Below are positions 39,356 through 51,059 of a stretch of DNA of 64,000 nt, in pieces (within the stretch, counting starts at the first letter, position 1; each line of letters starts with the position of its first letter). The notes beneath the pieces were generated by a model. The model saw nothing but the letters and a program-made list of their open reading frames with translations. It had not been told where the DNA came from and made no database searches. Made by a program: the position numbers and the translations under genes. Source of the stretch: Kofleriaceae bacterium (lineage in GTDB: Bacteria > Myxococcota_A > Polyangia > Haliangiales > Haliangiaceae); assembly GCA_965215005.1 (NCBI GenBank), contig CBDCCZ010000054.1:160001-224000 (forward strand), given 5' to 3'.

Positions 39356-39721
39356 ATGGCACCGCGACCGCCCAGCATCAAAGACGCTAACAGCCGGCAG
39401 GCCGGTGAGGATGCGGTCTCGGAGCCCGATGCTGGGGAGCTGGCAGGACTGCACCGCATGTCGGCGCCGCAGAGCTTTCGCACGCAAGTGGAACGCACGC
39501 TGCGTGAGCGTTCGGCGGGGCGCTTCTTTGGCCGCAGAGCGTTTGGCGATCGCGTCCCGTTCGGAGTGCTCGCGGTCGTCGCGCTGCTGGTCGGGCTGAT
39601 CATCGTCGCGCTGGTTTGGTCGAGTCACACCGGCAGCCTGCGCTACGAGCGCAATGGCTCTGAGCCCGAGCTGCCGCCCGCGGCCCGCGAGGTGGTGCCT
39701 CGGCCCCAAGGCCTGCGATGA
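39356..39721 (+). CDS. Single-TM protein, candidate anti-sigma factor
   Basis: Starts 3 nt after the ECF stop; one TM helix. Confidence 0.6.
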   Translation: MAPRPPSIKDANSRQAGEDAVSEPDAGELAGLHRMSAPQSFRTQVERTLRERSAGRFFGRRAFGDRVPFGVLAVVALLVGLIIVALVWSSHTGSLRYERNGSEPELPPAAREVVPRPQGLR

Positions 39722-39831
39722 CGCTCGCTGGGGTCGCGACGGAGTTCTCGGGCGTCCGCGGGGCGGCGCCAGGGGAGCGGGGCCGGGGCGCTGGCGAGGC
39801 CCGCGCCCCGATTCGTCCCTCAGCAGTGCCG

Positions 39832-40920
39832 CTAGCGGTGCTTGGTCTCGAAGTCTTTCATGAAACCGACCAGTTTCTCGACGCCGGCGCGCGGAAACGC
39901 GTTGTAGATGCTGGCCCGCATGCCGCCGACGCTGCGATGCCCTTTTAGACCAGAGAAGCCGCGCTGCTTGGATTCACGGAGGAACTCAGCCTCGAAGGCT
40001 TCGTCGCGGCCGCGAAAGCAGACGTTCATGTCAGAACGGCTGCCGGCGCGTGCGGTGGCGCGAAACGCGCGGCTTTCGTCCAAATAGTCGTAAAGCAGCG
40101 CTGCCTTGGCGGCGTTGTACTCGCCGAGCGCGGCGAGGCCGCCAAAATCGGCGATCCACTTGAGGACCTCGTCGAGCACGAAGATCGCGAAGGTCGGTGG
40201 CGTGTTGAACATGGAGTCCGCTTCGGCGTGCGTGCGGTACTGCAGCATCGTTGGCAGGTCTCGGCGGCCCTTTTCGACGAGCTCATCGCGGATGATGACC
40301 AGGGTGATTCCAGCTGGGCCGAGATTCTTCTGCGCGCCGGCGTAGATGATGCCGTAGCGCGCGACGTCAATCGGCCGGCTGAAGATGTGGCTCGAGGCAT
40401 CGGTGACGAGCGGGACTCCGCTTGGTATCGCCGGTAATTTCGCGTACTCGGTGCCGAAGATGGTGTTGTTGCCGGTCATGTGCACGTATGCCGGCGCGCT
40501 CGACCAGGTCATCGCCTCGGCCGCTGGAATGTACGCAAAGTTCTCGTCTTCGCTGGAGGCGGCGACGTGCACCGAACCGAATCGTTTGGCTTCTTTGATG
40601 GCCTTTTTCGACCACGACCCGGTGTTGATGTAGTCGGCAGTGTCGCCCTCGCCGAGCAGGTTCATCGGGATCATGAAGAACTGCGTGGAGGCGCCGCCTT
40701 GCAAGAACAGCACGCGATAGCCCTCGGGAATGCCGCCGACGCTGCGGCACCGAGCCTCTGCCGACTCGATGACCTCCGTGAACTCAGGGCTGCGATGGCT
40801 GTGCTCCATCACGCCGATGCCGGAGTCGCCGAGGCTCCAGAGGGCGCGCTGGGCTTTTTCGATCACCGGCTCGGGGAGCACGGCGGGGCCTGCAGAGAAG
40901 TTGTAGATGCGATCGCTCAT
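39832..40920 (-). CDS. serC: Phosphoserine aminotransferase
   Basis: [48 protein letters not shown]. Confidence 0.97.
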   Translation of the reverse strand: MSDRIYNFSAGPAVLPEPVIEKAQRALWSLGDSGIGVMEHSHRSPEFTEVIESAEARCRSVGGIPEGYRVLFLQGGASTQFFMIPMNLLGEGDTADYINTGSWSKKAIKEAKRFGSVHVAASSEDENFAYIPAAEAMTWSSAPAYVHMTGNNTIFGTEYAKLPAIPSGVPLVTDASSHIFSRPIDVARYGIIYAGAQKNLGPAGITLVIIRDELVEKGRRDLPTMLQYRTHAEADSMFNTPPTFAIFVLDEVLKWIADFGGLAALGEYNAAKAALLYDYLDESRAFRATARAGSRSDMNVCFRGRDEAFEAEFLRESKQRGFSGLKGHRSVGGMRASIYNAFPRAGVEKLVGFMKDFETKHR

Positions 40921-40921
40921 A

Positions 40922-42142
40922 TCAGGCTCCTTGGGTGCCGAGCTGGGTGAGCTCCATGCTGAGAATGTCGGGGCACGAGCGGCGTATCGCCTCGAGCTGT
41001 GCGTCTGACGGGGCCGCGGCCAGCTGAATGCGCGCGCACGCGGCTTCGGCTCCTTCGTAGAGCACGTTATCCATCTCTTCGACGTTGATGCGCGCTTCTC
41101 CGAGCACGCCGAATACTTTCGACAACACGCCGGGCCGGTTCTTGTGGCGCACCGTGAGTAGACAGGTCGCGCTGGCGCGGCTGGCGCGATTGACGCAGTT
41201 GGGGACTTGGCCGCTGGCGGCAAAGACCTCGGCAATGCGGGCAACTTCGAGCGCGATGGCATCTTGCGCTTGCTCAGTGGACGCACCGACGTGGTGGCTG
41301 CCAACCACTCGGTGGTGCTGCGCGAGCTTGCTTTCGAAGGTGCCTTCGGCCGCGCCCGGCTCATTGTCATAGACGTCGAGCCCAGCCCGGAGCTGTTTTT
41401 CGTCGAGGCCGCGCAGCAGCGCCGCTTCATCGATCACCGAGCCCCGCGAGGTATTGATGAGAGTCGCGCCGGGCTTCATCGCCGCGATGAACTCGCTGTC
41501 GACCAGTCGCTGGGTGTCGCGGGTGGCGGCAATGTGAATGGTGACGATGTCAGCGGCAGCCGCCACCTCGCGCATCGACGCGGCGCGGGTGATGCCAAGC
41601 TCGTCGGCATCATCGGCGGTGAGGCTACGCGAATAGGCGATGACGTCCATACCAAATGCCAGCGCGCGGGAAACCACCTCGCGAGCAATCGTTCCCATGC
41701 CGATGACGCCCAGCGTGCGTCCGAAGAGACCCGCCGCTTTGCCATACTCCTTCTTGTTCCAGCGTCCTTGGCGCAGCTCGGCGGCTTGGTCGGGCAAGCG
41801 TCGATCGCAACCGAGGATCAACCCCCACGTGAGCTCAGCCACCGCGATGGCGTTCTTACCTGGGCAGTTGGCGACGAACACGCCCCCGCGCGAGGCTGCG
41901 GCCACGTCGATGGTGTCGTAGCCGGCGCCGGCGCGAATGATGAGCTTGAGCCGCTGCGCAGTCTGGACCGCTTCGGCGGTGACCCGCGTCGAGCGCACGA
42001 CGAGGACGTCGGGCTCGTGTTGGCTCAGTGCTGCTGGCAGCGCATCCGCGCTCAGGCTCGGCTCACTGATGACGTCGTGGCCGGCGCGCTCGAGTGCGTC
42101 GCGGCCGACAGCTTCGAGCTTGTCGGCGATCAGAACCTTCAT
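40922..42142 (-). CDS. serA: D-3-phosphoglycerate dehydrogenase-like protein with ACT domain
   Basis: [33 protein letters not shown]; adjacent to serC. Confidence 0.85.
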   Translation of the reverse strand: MKVLIADKLEAVGRDALERAGHDVISEPSLSADALPAALSQHEPDVLVVRSTRVTAEAVQTAQRLKLIIRAGAGYDTIDVAAASRGGVFVANCPGKNAIAVAELTWGLILGCDRRLPDQAAELRQGRWNKKEYGKAAGLFGRTLGVIGMGTIAREVVSRALAFGMDVIAYSRSLTADDADELGITRAASMREVAAAADIVTIHIAATRDTQRLVDSEFIAAMKPGATLINTSRGSVIDEAALLRGLDEKQLRAGLDVYDNEPGAAEGTFESKLAQHHRVVGSHHVGASTEQAQDAIALEVARIAEVFAASGQVPNCVNRASRASATCLLTVRHKNRPGVLSKVFGVLGEARINVEEMDNVLYEGAEAACARIQLAAAPSDAQLEAIRRSCPDILSMELTQLGTQGA

Positions 42143-42251
42143 GACAACCCCTTCTTCGGCATGCGTTACGAATTGAGTTCGGGGCGCATGCTAGCGTGGG
42201 TGGGAGATTCGATCCACCGCTCGTTCGGCCGAAGATGGTTAGGCGGAAGCT

Positions 42252-42506
42252 CTAATCCTGCTCTTCCCAGTAGAAGACGGTGATAGCGATGCAATGAAAC
42301 GCCTCGTCACTGGACTGCGTGACGACCACGTCGCACACCGTGCATTGCGGGTTGTTTGCGAGCCAGTCGGTGACCTTCTCGCCGAGCCGTTCCCGGTCGG
42401 CGACCATGGTCGCTGAGAAAACTTTGACGCCGTTGAACGTGCGTTGCTGTCCGAACGAGGCCTGTCCCACGGCACTGTTGGAAAACGCGGAGCGAATCTT
42501 GGACAT
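42252..42506 (-). CDS. Small hypothetical protein
   Basis: AAGGAG RBS; FNGVKVFSATM...VTQSSDEAFHCIAITVFY. Confidence 0.8.
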   Translation of the reverse strand: MSKIRSAFSNSAVGQASFGQQRTFNGVKVFSATMVADRERLGEKVTDWLANNPQCTVCDVVVTQSSDEAFHCIAITVFYWEEQD

Positions 42507-42521
42507 GAGCAGTTCTCCTTA

Positions 42522-43796
<1,275 letters not shown>

Positions 43797-43988
43797 ACAG
43801 TCCTCCGGGAGTCGTAGGTGTAAAAATTCGGCATCAACCTACCCCATTAGGATGGCCGGAAACGAGGCGGTGCGGGAGCCAAGTCGGCACAGCGACAGCA
43901 GATAGCGAATGACCCGCTGCGTCATTCGGCATCGCGAGGCGAGAAAATCGCCTCGCTGAGTCGCCTCAGGCTGCACGCGGACCGCGAA

Positions 43989-45059
43989 TCACTCCGCTAC
44001 GTGGCACGCGGCGTAGCTGCCGTTGCCGAGTTGGCGCAGAACCGGCCGCTCGGTGAAGCATTGCTCGGGCTTGTCCTTCACCTGACAGCGCGGGTGAAAG
44101 GGGCAGCCGGCGGGCGGCTTGAGCGGGCTTGGCACGTCGCCCTGCAGGATCACGCGCGACTTTTTACTGCGCGGGCGGGGCACCGGCACCGCCGACAGCA
44201 GCGCTTGCGTGTAGGGGTGTTTGGGATTGCGATAGAGCGCATCGCTGATAGCGAGCTCGACGACCCGGCCAAGATACATCACCGCAACGCGGTCGCAGAT
44301 GTACTGCACGATCTTGAGGTCGTGCGAGATGAACAGATAGGTGAGGCCTTCTTGCGCCTGGAGATCCTGCAAAAGGTTAACGATTTGCGCTTGAATCGAA
44401 ACGTCCAGCGCGCTGATCGGCTCATCGCAGACGATGAAGCGTGGCTCCACCGCCAGCGCGCGCGCGATGCCCACCCGCTGTCGCTGCCCGCCGGAAAACT
44501 CGTGAGGATAGCGGCTGACGGCATCGGCTCGGAGCCCGGTCCGCTCGAGCAGCGCCACGACCCGCTCGCGTTTTTCCCGCGCGCTGCTGGCAAGACGGTG
44601 AATCTCGATAGGCTCCGCGACGGTCGCGCCAATCGACATACGCGGGTTGAGAGAGGCGTAGGGATCCTGGAAGATCATCTGCATCTCGCGGCGAATGGGC
44701 CGCAGCTGCGCCTGGGACTTGTGGGTGATGTCGTTGCCGTCGAAGACGATGCGACCCGCGGTTGGGTCGAGCAGCCGCAGAATCGTGCGACCGAGGGTCG
44801 ACTTGCCGCAGCCTGACTCGCCTACCAGCCCGAGCGTCTCGCCCTCGAAGACGTCGAAGGTGACGTCTTCAACGGCGCGAACCAGCGCGCTCTTGCGCGT
44901 GAGCGCGCGTCGAACCTTCTCGAGCGCGGAGATATTCTCGCCCTTGGGCCAGGCGATCTTGAGGGGGAAGTACTTGGCGACGGATTCCACGGTAAGCAGC
45001 GCGCGCTGCGGGCGAGGGCGTCCATCGATGACGGCGTCGGCGAGGCTCGAGTTGCTCAT
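43989..45059 (-). CDS. oppF: Oligopeptide/dipeptide ABC transporter ATPase (OppF/DppF)
   Basis: [32 protein letters not shown]. Confidence 0.9.
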   Translation of the reverse strand: MSNSSLADAVIDGRPRPQRALLTVESVAKYFPLKIAWPKGENISALEKVRRALTRKSALVRAVEDVTFDVFEGETLGLVGESGCGKSTLGRTILRLLDPTAGRIVFDGNDITHKSQAQLRPIRREMQMIFQDPYASLNPRMSIGATVAEPIEIHRLASSAREKRERVVALLERTGLRADAVSRYPHEFSGGQRQRVGIARALAVEPRFIVCDEPISALDVSIQAQIVNLLQDLQAQEGLTYLFISHDLKIVQYICDRVAVMYLGRVVELAISDALYRNPKHPYTQALLSAVPVPRPRSKKSRVILQGDVPSPLKPPAGCPFHPRCQVKDKPEQCFTERPVLRQLGNGSYAACHVAE

Positions 45060-46090
45060 GCGGCGATTCCGGCGGGAAAATGACAGCGCACTTGGTTGTC
45101 GCCCACCGCCGTCAACGCCGGCTCGACCTCGCGGCACTTCGCGGCGACGGCGGGGCAGCGATCGGCAAACTTGCAGCCAACCGGCAGCTCCGAGAGGCTT
45201 GGGACCATTCCCGGGATTTCGTGGAGCCGCTGAGCGCGGCTTTTTTCACGATACGGCGCCTGGTGCGGGCTCTGCTCGCTGCTCTCGGCAACCTCCCCGT
45301 AGCTCGGCACCGATCGGAGAAGCCCAACCGTGTAGTGGTGTCGAGGCGTCTCGAACAGCGCGACCGTCTTGGCGCGCTCGACCACGCGACCGGCGTACAT
45401 CACGACGACCTCGTCACAGGTTTCCGCGACCACGCCCAAGTCGTGGGTGATCAGCATGATCGACATGCCCATGTCGCGCTGCAGGGCGCGAAGAACGTCG
45501 AGGATCTGCGCCTGGATGGTGACGTCGAGCGCGGTGGTTGGCTCGTCGGCGATGAGAAGATCGGGCTCACACGCCAAGGCCATTGCGATCATCACGCGCT
45601 GACGCATTCCACCCGATAGCTGATGCGGATAGCTATGTACCCGCTCTTCGGGCGCAGGAATGCCGACCTTGCGAAACATCTCTATAGCCACCTCGAGGGC
45701 GGCGCGTTTGCGCTTCCCTTGATGAAGACGAACCGCCTCGCTCACCTGATCGCCAACCGTGAACACCGGATTTAGCGACGTCATCGGCTCCTGGAAAATC
45801 ATCGAGATGTCATTGCCGCGGATCTTGCGGATGGCATCGTCGTCGAGCTCGAGTAGGTCGTTGCCCTTATAGAGGATCTGCCCCGCCGCAATTCGGCCCG
45901 GTGGTGAGGGGATGAGCCGCATCACCGAAAGCGCCGTGACCGACTTGCCGCAGCCGGACTCGCCCACCACGCCCAGCGTCTTGCCCGTGGGAATGTCGAA
46001 AGACACCTGATCGATGGCGCGAATGACGCCGCGGTCGGTGCGGAACTCCGTGACCAGATCGCGGATCTCGAGCAAGCTGCCTGCCGCCAT
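45056..46090 (-). CDS. oppD: Oligopeptide/dipeptide ABC transporter ATPase (OppD/DppD)
   Basis: [34 protein letters not shown]. Confidence 0.9.
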   Translation of the reverse strand: MAAGSLLEIRDLVTEFRTDRGVIRAIDQVSFDIPTGKTLGVVGESGCGKSVTALSVMRLIPSPPGRIAAGQILYKGNDLLELDDDAIRKIRGNDISMIFQEPMTSLNPVFTVGDQVSEAVRLHQGKRKRAALEVAIEMFRKVGIPAPEERVHSYPHQLSGGMRQRVMIAMALACEPDLLIADEPTTALDVTIQAQILDVLRALQRDMGMSIMLITHDLGVVAETCDEVVVMYAGRVVERAKTVALFETPRHHYTVGLLRSVPSYGEVAESSEQSPHQAPYREKSRAQRLHEIPGMVPSLSELPVGCKFADRCPAVAAKCREVEPALTAVGDNQVRCHFPAGIAA

Positions 46091-46124
46091 AGCCGCGGCA
46101 ACATAGCACGGGCTCGGTGGGTCT

Positions 46125-46949
46125 TCAGCGCGCCGCTTGACGCTCGCCGCAGCGGGGCAATCCTTCGGGCGGACTGAGCTCGAACTTCTGCGGCTCGAGC
46201 TGCGGATTGATCGAGCGCTGTTTCCACTCGACCATCAGATCCGCTTTTTGTGGTGGTTGCTTGAACAGCGTCTTGCCAGGAACTCGAAAGGACTGCCCGT
46301 CTTCGCCCGTGATGGTCTTGAAGTCGGTGTTTCGCAAGCTCCACAGCACCTTCCCCGCCGCATCGCGCAGCTCGCTGCGCACGACATCCCAGCGGCCCTC
46401 GCGCGCGTCGAGCTCGATCCGTTGTCGTTGCTGCTGGTCCGCAGAGATCAGCTCGAGAATCTCGTGGCCGGCGTCGGCGTCCCAGCGAACTTCCCCGCGC
46501 GCCCCCACGAGCACCGGAGTGCCGCCCACCGCCATGAGCAACAGCTCGTCTGGGTTCATGCTCACGCGCAGCAGCTGCGCGACCGAGTCACGGCTGCACG
46601 GGCCGGTGAGCTGGCAGTCATTATTGAAGTCGACGAACGCGAAGGACTGCCCATCGCAGGCCAAATCTGCGGCGACGGTGCCGCCGGTGGGGTTGAGCGC
46701 GTTGATACGAGCGCGCGAGCCCACCTCGCCCATCAGCAACACCGTGCCCTTCACGCGGTCGCTGCCGAGCCAGTAGTCCATCGAGCTCTCGGCGCGGTAG
46801 CTGGTAGCGGCAAGTCGCCGTGCTTCGAGGCGCGCGATGATCTCGCTTGCCTCGGGCTCTGGATAGCTGCGCGGAATCGATTTGCTGCCGCAGGCCGCGA
46901 AGAGAGCGAGCCCAGCCAGCGCCGCAATGCGAGTCGATTGCATGAGCAT
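46125..46949 (-). CDS. Lipoprotein, possibly LolA/LolB-like fold (DUF4292-like)
   Basis: FAAC lipobox; beta-rich; ends FELSPPEG. Confidence 0.65.
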   Translation of the reverse strand: MLMQSTRIAALAGLALFAACGSKSIPRSYPEPEASEIIARLEARRLAATSYRAESSMDYWLGSDRVKGTVLLMGEVGSRARINALNPTGGTVAADLACDGQSFAFVDFNNDCQLTGPCSRDSVAQLLRVSMNPDELLLMAVGGTPVLVGARGEVRWDADAGHEILELISADQQQRQRIELDAREGRWDVVRSELRDAAGKVLWSLRNTDFKTITGEDGQSFRVPGKTLFKQPPQKADLMVEWKQRSINPQLEPQKFELSPPEGLPRCGERQAAR

Positions 46950-46991
46950 TCTTTAGCAGAGATTGGCGCGGGTGCCGGGGCTGCAGCCGGC

Positions 46992-47837
46992 TCAAGCAAT
47001 CATCTTGTACAGCCCAAGGCAGATGTCGAAGAGGATCAAGAACACGATGTACCACTCGACACGCAGCGTCCGCTGCGCTTGCACCAGCTCGAGCAGCGTC
47101 TCAGCGGTGTTGGCGATGAGGCTGAGCTTGCGCTCGAGCGCTAGATGCCGTTCACGCAGCTCGTACTCGTCTTCGAGGCGCATATACAGCCGCTCGAGCT
47201 GCGGCTGCTCCCACAGCATCTCGGGCTTCTCGGTCACCTCGACGCGAGCCACCATCTTGTATTGCACCATGAGCGTGCCGCCGAGCTGCTTGAGCAGGTC
47301 TTTGGCCTCTTGCTTGCCGCGGCCGCTCTCCTGCAGACGCGCGGCGAGAGGCTCGATCTTGTCGAACACCGTCGCAATCTCGCGCTCGTAGTGGGCGAGC
47401 ACCACGCTCTTAGCCAGAATTTCGGCCACCGCTTGCAGCCGCAACAGACTCGGCTCCATGATGGCGATGGCGTGCTCATCGACACCCTCGAGCAGGTGTG
47501 GCTTGACCCACACCTGGGACTTTTCCAGCTCCGGTCGATCGAATGGACGCACGATGCGTTCGCCGAGCGCGGCGACGAACGCCTCTTCTTCGGCATCGGT
47601 GGTGCCGAAGAACACCGCACCGCCATAGCGAAACAGCACCACCCAGCCGCGGGTGCCGGCTTCCACGATGGTCGGTGCAACCGCCAGCCGTCCCTCCAGA
47701 GCGCGGGTATCGATGCGTTCGCCCAAGAAGTAGGCAACCGCGCGAAACGTGTTGTCATCGTGCGCCAAGAGCCGGTGCTCGAACGCTTCGGTGGCGGTGG
47801 TATCGCCGGTGAATGGCCGCATAGAAGACTCCGTCAT
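46992..47837 (-). CDS. RMD1/YagE (DUF155) family protein
   Basis: VLFRYG, LAKSVVLAHYE, PEMLWE, YELRER, VEWYIVFLI. Confidence 0.88.
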   Translation of the reverse strand: MTESSMRPFTGDTTATEAFEHRLLAHDDNTFRAVAYFLGERIDTRALEGRLAVAPTIVEAGTRGWVVLFRYGGAVFFGTTDAEEEAFVAALGERIVRPFDRPELEKSQVWVKPHLLEGVDEHAIAIMEPSLLRLQAVAEILAKSVVLAHYEREIATVFDKIEPLAARLQESGRGKQEAKDLLKQLGGTLMVQYKMVARVEVTEKPEMLWEQPQLERLYMRLEDEYELRERHLALERKLSLIANTAETLLELVQAQRTLRVEWYIVFLILFDICLGLYKMIA

Positions 47838-47910
47838 GGGTGACGCCGCTGGTGCCTCGTCACCAGCATGACATCAATTGGCCGCGCAAGAGAGTCGCGC
47901 GCGGCGCCCG

Positions 47911-48420
47911 TTACTCCTGCTTGAGGGACTCGGCGGCGAGCAGTATCTCGCGCAGCAGCGCGCTATGGGGATTGTGAGAAAGCGCCATACGCAGGCTCAA
48001 GATCGCGCTGGCGACCTCGCCGGCACGCAGCGCCGCCTGGGCCCGGCGATAATGTTGCTTGGCGCGCGGGCTGAGCAGCGCGGCTGCTGCTGTAGGGTCG
48101 ACATCCCCTTCGCGCTCGGCGTCGTAGCTGCGCGACTGCTCGACCAAATAGCGATCGCGCTGCAACGGATCGCGCAGCACCAAGTAGGCGTCTGCAATGC
48201 GGCCGTACACGATGCTCAATCGCTCGAGGTCGGCGGGGGCTAGCACCAGGCGGTACATGTCTGGGTGCAGGCGCGCCGCCATCTGATGATAGGCGTGCTG
48301 CAGCTCGACCTCGCTGGCGGTGTGGTCGATGTCGAGCAAGTCGAAGTGGCTCATGCGCGCAAGCCGCGGTTCCACTCGCCGCAGATAGGCGAGCAGCTCC
48401 TCCTTGGTCCATGCGCTCAC
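47911..48420 (-). CDS. J-domain protein with C-terminal TPR
   Basis: HFDLLDI...ARLHPD...AYLVLRDP. Confidence 0.85.
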   Translation of the reverse strand: MSAWTKEELLAYLRRVEPRLARMSHFDLLDIDHTASEVELQHAYHQMAARLHPDMYRLVLAPADLERLSIVYGRIADAYLVLRDPLQRDRYLVEQSRSYDAEREGDVDPTAAAALLSPRAKQHYRRAQAALRAGEVASAILSLRMALSHNPHSALLREILLAAESLKQE

Positions 48421-48429
48421 TCGCTCGCC

Positions 48430-49974
48430 CTAAGCAGCACTGGGCGCGCCGACGACTTGCAGCCGCGCTTCGCACTTGTTGCCGGTTTTGTCGTCGCGGG
48501 CGCGCACGTGCAGGATCCCATCGGTATCGACGCGGAACGTCACCTCGATTTGTGCTGCCCCGCGCGGCCCCAGCGGTAGCTTTTCGAGCACCAGCTGGCC
48601 GAGGAACTCGTTTTCGTCAAAGCGCTTGGACTCGCCGCGACAGCAGTCGATGACCACCCGATCTTGATCGGCGCGGGCGGTGGTAAAGAGCCGCGATCGT
48701 TCGATGGGAATCGGCGCGTTCTTATCGAGGAGCTTCTCGACATAGCCACCGGCGGTGGCGATGCCGAGCGAGGAGGGCGTGACATCGAGGAGGAGTGGTC
48801 GCGCGGGTGCATCACTGGAGCGATGGCCGGCGTCCAGACGCCCGGAGAGACTGGCGGCTTGAATCGCAGCGCCTTGAGCGACGACCTCATCGGGGTTGAT
48901 ATCGATGGAGGGGTAGCGACCAAAGAGCTGCGCCAATCGATCGCGTACCAGTGGAATGCGCGTGGAACCGCCAACGCACAGGACGTCGCTGATCTGCGTC
49001 ACTTCGAGCCGTGCCGCGGTCAGGACCTGGCGGCAGACCTCCATCGTGCGCTCGACGTAGCCTTCGATGAGGTGATTGAAGTAGTCGCGGGTAAGCGAAA
49101 ACGGCAGGTCGACGTGGCGGCCCTCAACCGGCAATCCATCGAGGGTGCCCGAGGCCTCGGCCTCGGTTGATAAGTAGCGCTTGATTTCTTCCGCGGCGAG
49201 CGCGAGCCGGCTCATGCACTGCGGGGACGTGCGGGGATCGATGGCGAGCTGGCGACTCATCTCCGCGGCGAGAAACTCCGCAATGCAGCGGTCGAGGTCA
49301 TCGCCGCCGAGAAAGTAGTCGCCATCGGTCGCCAGCACTTCGAAAAGCTGTTCGCGAACCCGCAAGATGCTCACGTCGAAGGTGCCACCGCCGAAGTCGA
49401 AGACGACCACGGTCTCATCGAGGCGTTGGCCGTAGCCATAGGCGAGCGCGGCGGCGGTGGGCTCGTTGATGAGCCGCAGCACCTCGAGGCCGGCGAGTCG
49501 ACCCGCTTCTTTGGTGGCCTGTCGTTGCGCATCGGAGAAGTTGGCGGGCACGGTGATGACCGCTTCGGCCACGATGTCGCCAAACTGGGTTTCAGCGAGG
49601 CGCTTTAGGTAGGCGAGCACCTGCGCGGAGATCTCGGGCACGGTGAGGCGGCGGTCGCCAGCAACGATGATGGGCTGCTGATTGATCCCTTCCTCGACGC
49701 GATACGGCAGTGAGGACAGCGCCAGCTGCACCAGCGGCGAGCGCAGGTTTTGGCCGATGAGACGCTTGGCGGAGTAGATGGTGCTCGTGGGGTCGGCAAG
49801 CCGGCAGGCGCGGGCGGCATGGCCGGCGATCACGCCAGCTCCCGCGGGAAACGCGACGACCGAGGGATGGATGCGCTCACCGTGCGATCCGAGAGCGAAG
49901 TTCACCCCTTGAGGCGTGGCCACCGCTGCAACCGAGTTGGTCGTCCCAAGGTCGATTCCGATGGCCAACGGCAT
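48430..49974 (-). CDS. Hsp70/DnaK family paralogue lacking the helical lid
   Basis: GIDLGTTNS, VITVPA, INEPTAAA, DFGGGTFD, GGSTRIP; ends right after the beta substrate-binding domain. Confidence 0.9.
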   Translation of the reverse strand: MPLAIGIDLGTTNSVAAVATPQGVNFALGSHGERIHPSVVAFPAGAGVIAGHAARACRLADPTSTIYSAKRLIGQNLRSPLVQLALSSLPYRVEEGINQQPIIVAGDRRLTVPEISAQVLAYLKRLAETQFGDIVAEAVITVPANFSDAQRQATKEAGRLAGLEVLRLINEPTAAALAYGYGQRLDETVVVFDFGGGTFDVSILRVREQLFEVLATDGDYFLGGDDLDRCIAEFLAAEMSRQLAIDPRTSPQCMSRLALAAEEIKRYLSTEAEASGTLDGLPVEGRHVDLPFSLTRDYFNHLIEGYVERTMEVCRQVLTAARLEVTQISDVLCVGGSTRIPLVRDRLAQLFGRYPSIDINPDEVVAQGAAIQAASLSGRLDAGHRSSDAPARPLLLDVTPSSLGIATAGGYVEKLLDKNAPIPIERSRLFTTARADQDRVVIDCCRGESKRFDENEFLGQLVLEKLPLGPRGAAQIEVTFRVDTDGILHVRARDDKTGNKCEARLQVVGAPSAA

Positions 49975-50100
49975 GAAGCGTCTCGAGTATCGCCCGAGCC
50001 GACGCGGCGGCGCAAAGGCTCCGCGCCCAGCGGCTGCGTTGCCTACCCCAGAGCCGGCGTGCGTCGGAACGGGGAGCGTGCAACTGGGGCCGATAAACAC

Positions 50101-50129
50101 TTGCTCCGTGCGCGTTGGCTGCGTATCTT
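50101..50129 (+). promoter_or_regulatory. sigma70-type promoter of tRNA-Met
   Basis: TTGCTC-N17-TATCTT. Confidence 0.55.
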
Positions 50130-50141
50130 ACGCGCCCTCTC

Positions 50142-50214
50142 GCCGGGGTAGCTCAGTCGGTAGAGCGGGGGTCTCATAAGCCCTGTGTCGGCGGTTCAAA
50201 TCCGCCCCTCGGCA
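50142..50214 (+). tRNA. tRNA-Met (CAT), probably elongator (Ile2 not excluded)
   Basis: Acceptor GCCGGGG/CCTCGGC, TAGCTCAG D arm, loop CTCATAA, GGTTCAAATCC; G1-C72 paired, so not the initiator. Confidence 0.92.
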
Positions 50215-50274
50215 CCGCGTTTGGTGCAGAACCCAGCGCCGCCAATCGGGCGGCGCTGGATGGCTCCGAGTCTA

Positions 50275-50303
50275 TTGACATCAAATCCGTGACAGGTAAA
50301 CGT
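50275..50303 (+). promoter_or_regulatory. Possible sigma70 promoter of tRNA-Gln
   Basis: Consensus TTGACA with a weak -10 (TAAACG/AAACGT) 16-17 nt downstream. Confidence 0.45.
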
Positions 50304-50329
50304 GTCTGTCACCCCCCGGAAGGGGCCAT

Positions 50330-50402
<73 letters not shown>

Positions 50403-50411
50403 GAAGAATCC

Positions 50412-50810
50412 ATGAAGATACAGAAAAGCAACCGCCTCTTCTTTGGGTGCAAGATCGACAGCAAACTGCGCGAGGCGTTGGCGCAGGCCAAGCCCGGCGA
50501 TAAGCGCTATTTCGAAGATCCCGAAGCACCGTTTCTCCGCATCGTGCTGGTCGAGGAAGAGCGCTGGATCGGCAAAGTCATCGGTGCCGGCATCAACGTC
50601 ACCGAGGTTGAGGACATTCAGCGCAACGTCACGTCAATTCTGCGGCGCATCGCGCCCAACGTGCGTCACTCGCCCACGGCGGTGAAGATTTTCGTCGTGG
50701 ATGAGCTGGCTGGCGACGAGGTCATTGACCCGGTCCCGGTCCCGGTCGTTGACGATGCCGAGGTCCCCGAAGCGGCCGAGTCGACGGGGCCCTACATCGC
50801 GGATTATTAG
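50412..50810 (+). CDS. Hypothetical protein with acidic tail
   Basis: MKIQKSNRLFFGCKID...; starts 11 nt after tRNA-Gln. Confidence 0.75.
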   Translation: MKIQKSNRLFFGCKIDSKLREALAQAKPGDKRYFEDPEAPFLRIVLVEEERWIGKVIGAGINVTEVEDIQRNVTSILRRIAPNVRHSPTAVKIFVVDELAGDEVIDPVPVPVVDDAEVPEAAESTGPYIADY

Positions 50811-50814
50811 CCAG

Positions 50815-50940
50815 TAGTGGTTTACGGCGTAAGTCGTAAACCGCAAGCAAAGCAACAATCGATTGGGGAGACGCCGAAGGGGGCACGTGAGCAGCAGAAG
50901 TCTGCCGCCCTTGCCCCGCATCGGGGCGGCGGATTTCTGC
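50815..50940 (+). ncRNA. Candidate structured ncRNA (copy 2 of the 85-nt element plus 3' hairpin)
   Basis: GTGGTTTACGGC-GTAA-GTCGTAAACCGC 12-bp stem with GNRA loop; 17-bp stem at 50894-50940; mismatches are G-U only on the + strand. Confidence 0.45.
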
Positions 50941-51059
50941 GTCACGAATCCCGCGGCGGCGTACTAGCTCGTTGAGCCTGCCTCAGGCGGCTCGAAGAGT
51001 ATCTCGGCGTTCTGCTGCGCGTTTCCACACGACGTGCGCTACAGGCGGGACCGCCGCGT

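Noticed and set aside
40921..41430. Long N-terminal extension of serC
   Set aside because: Overlaps serA in another frame; the RBS and family start are at 40920
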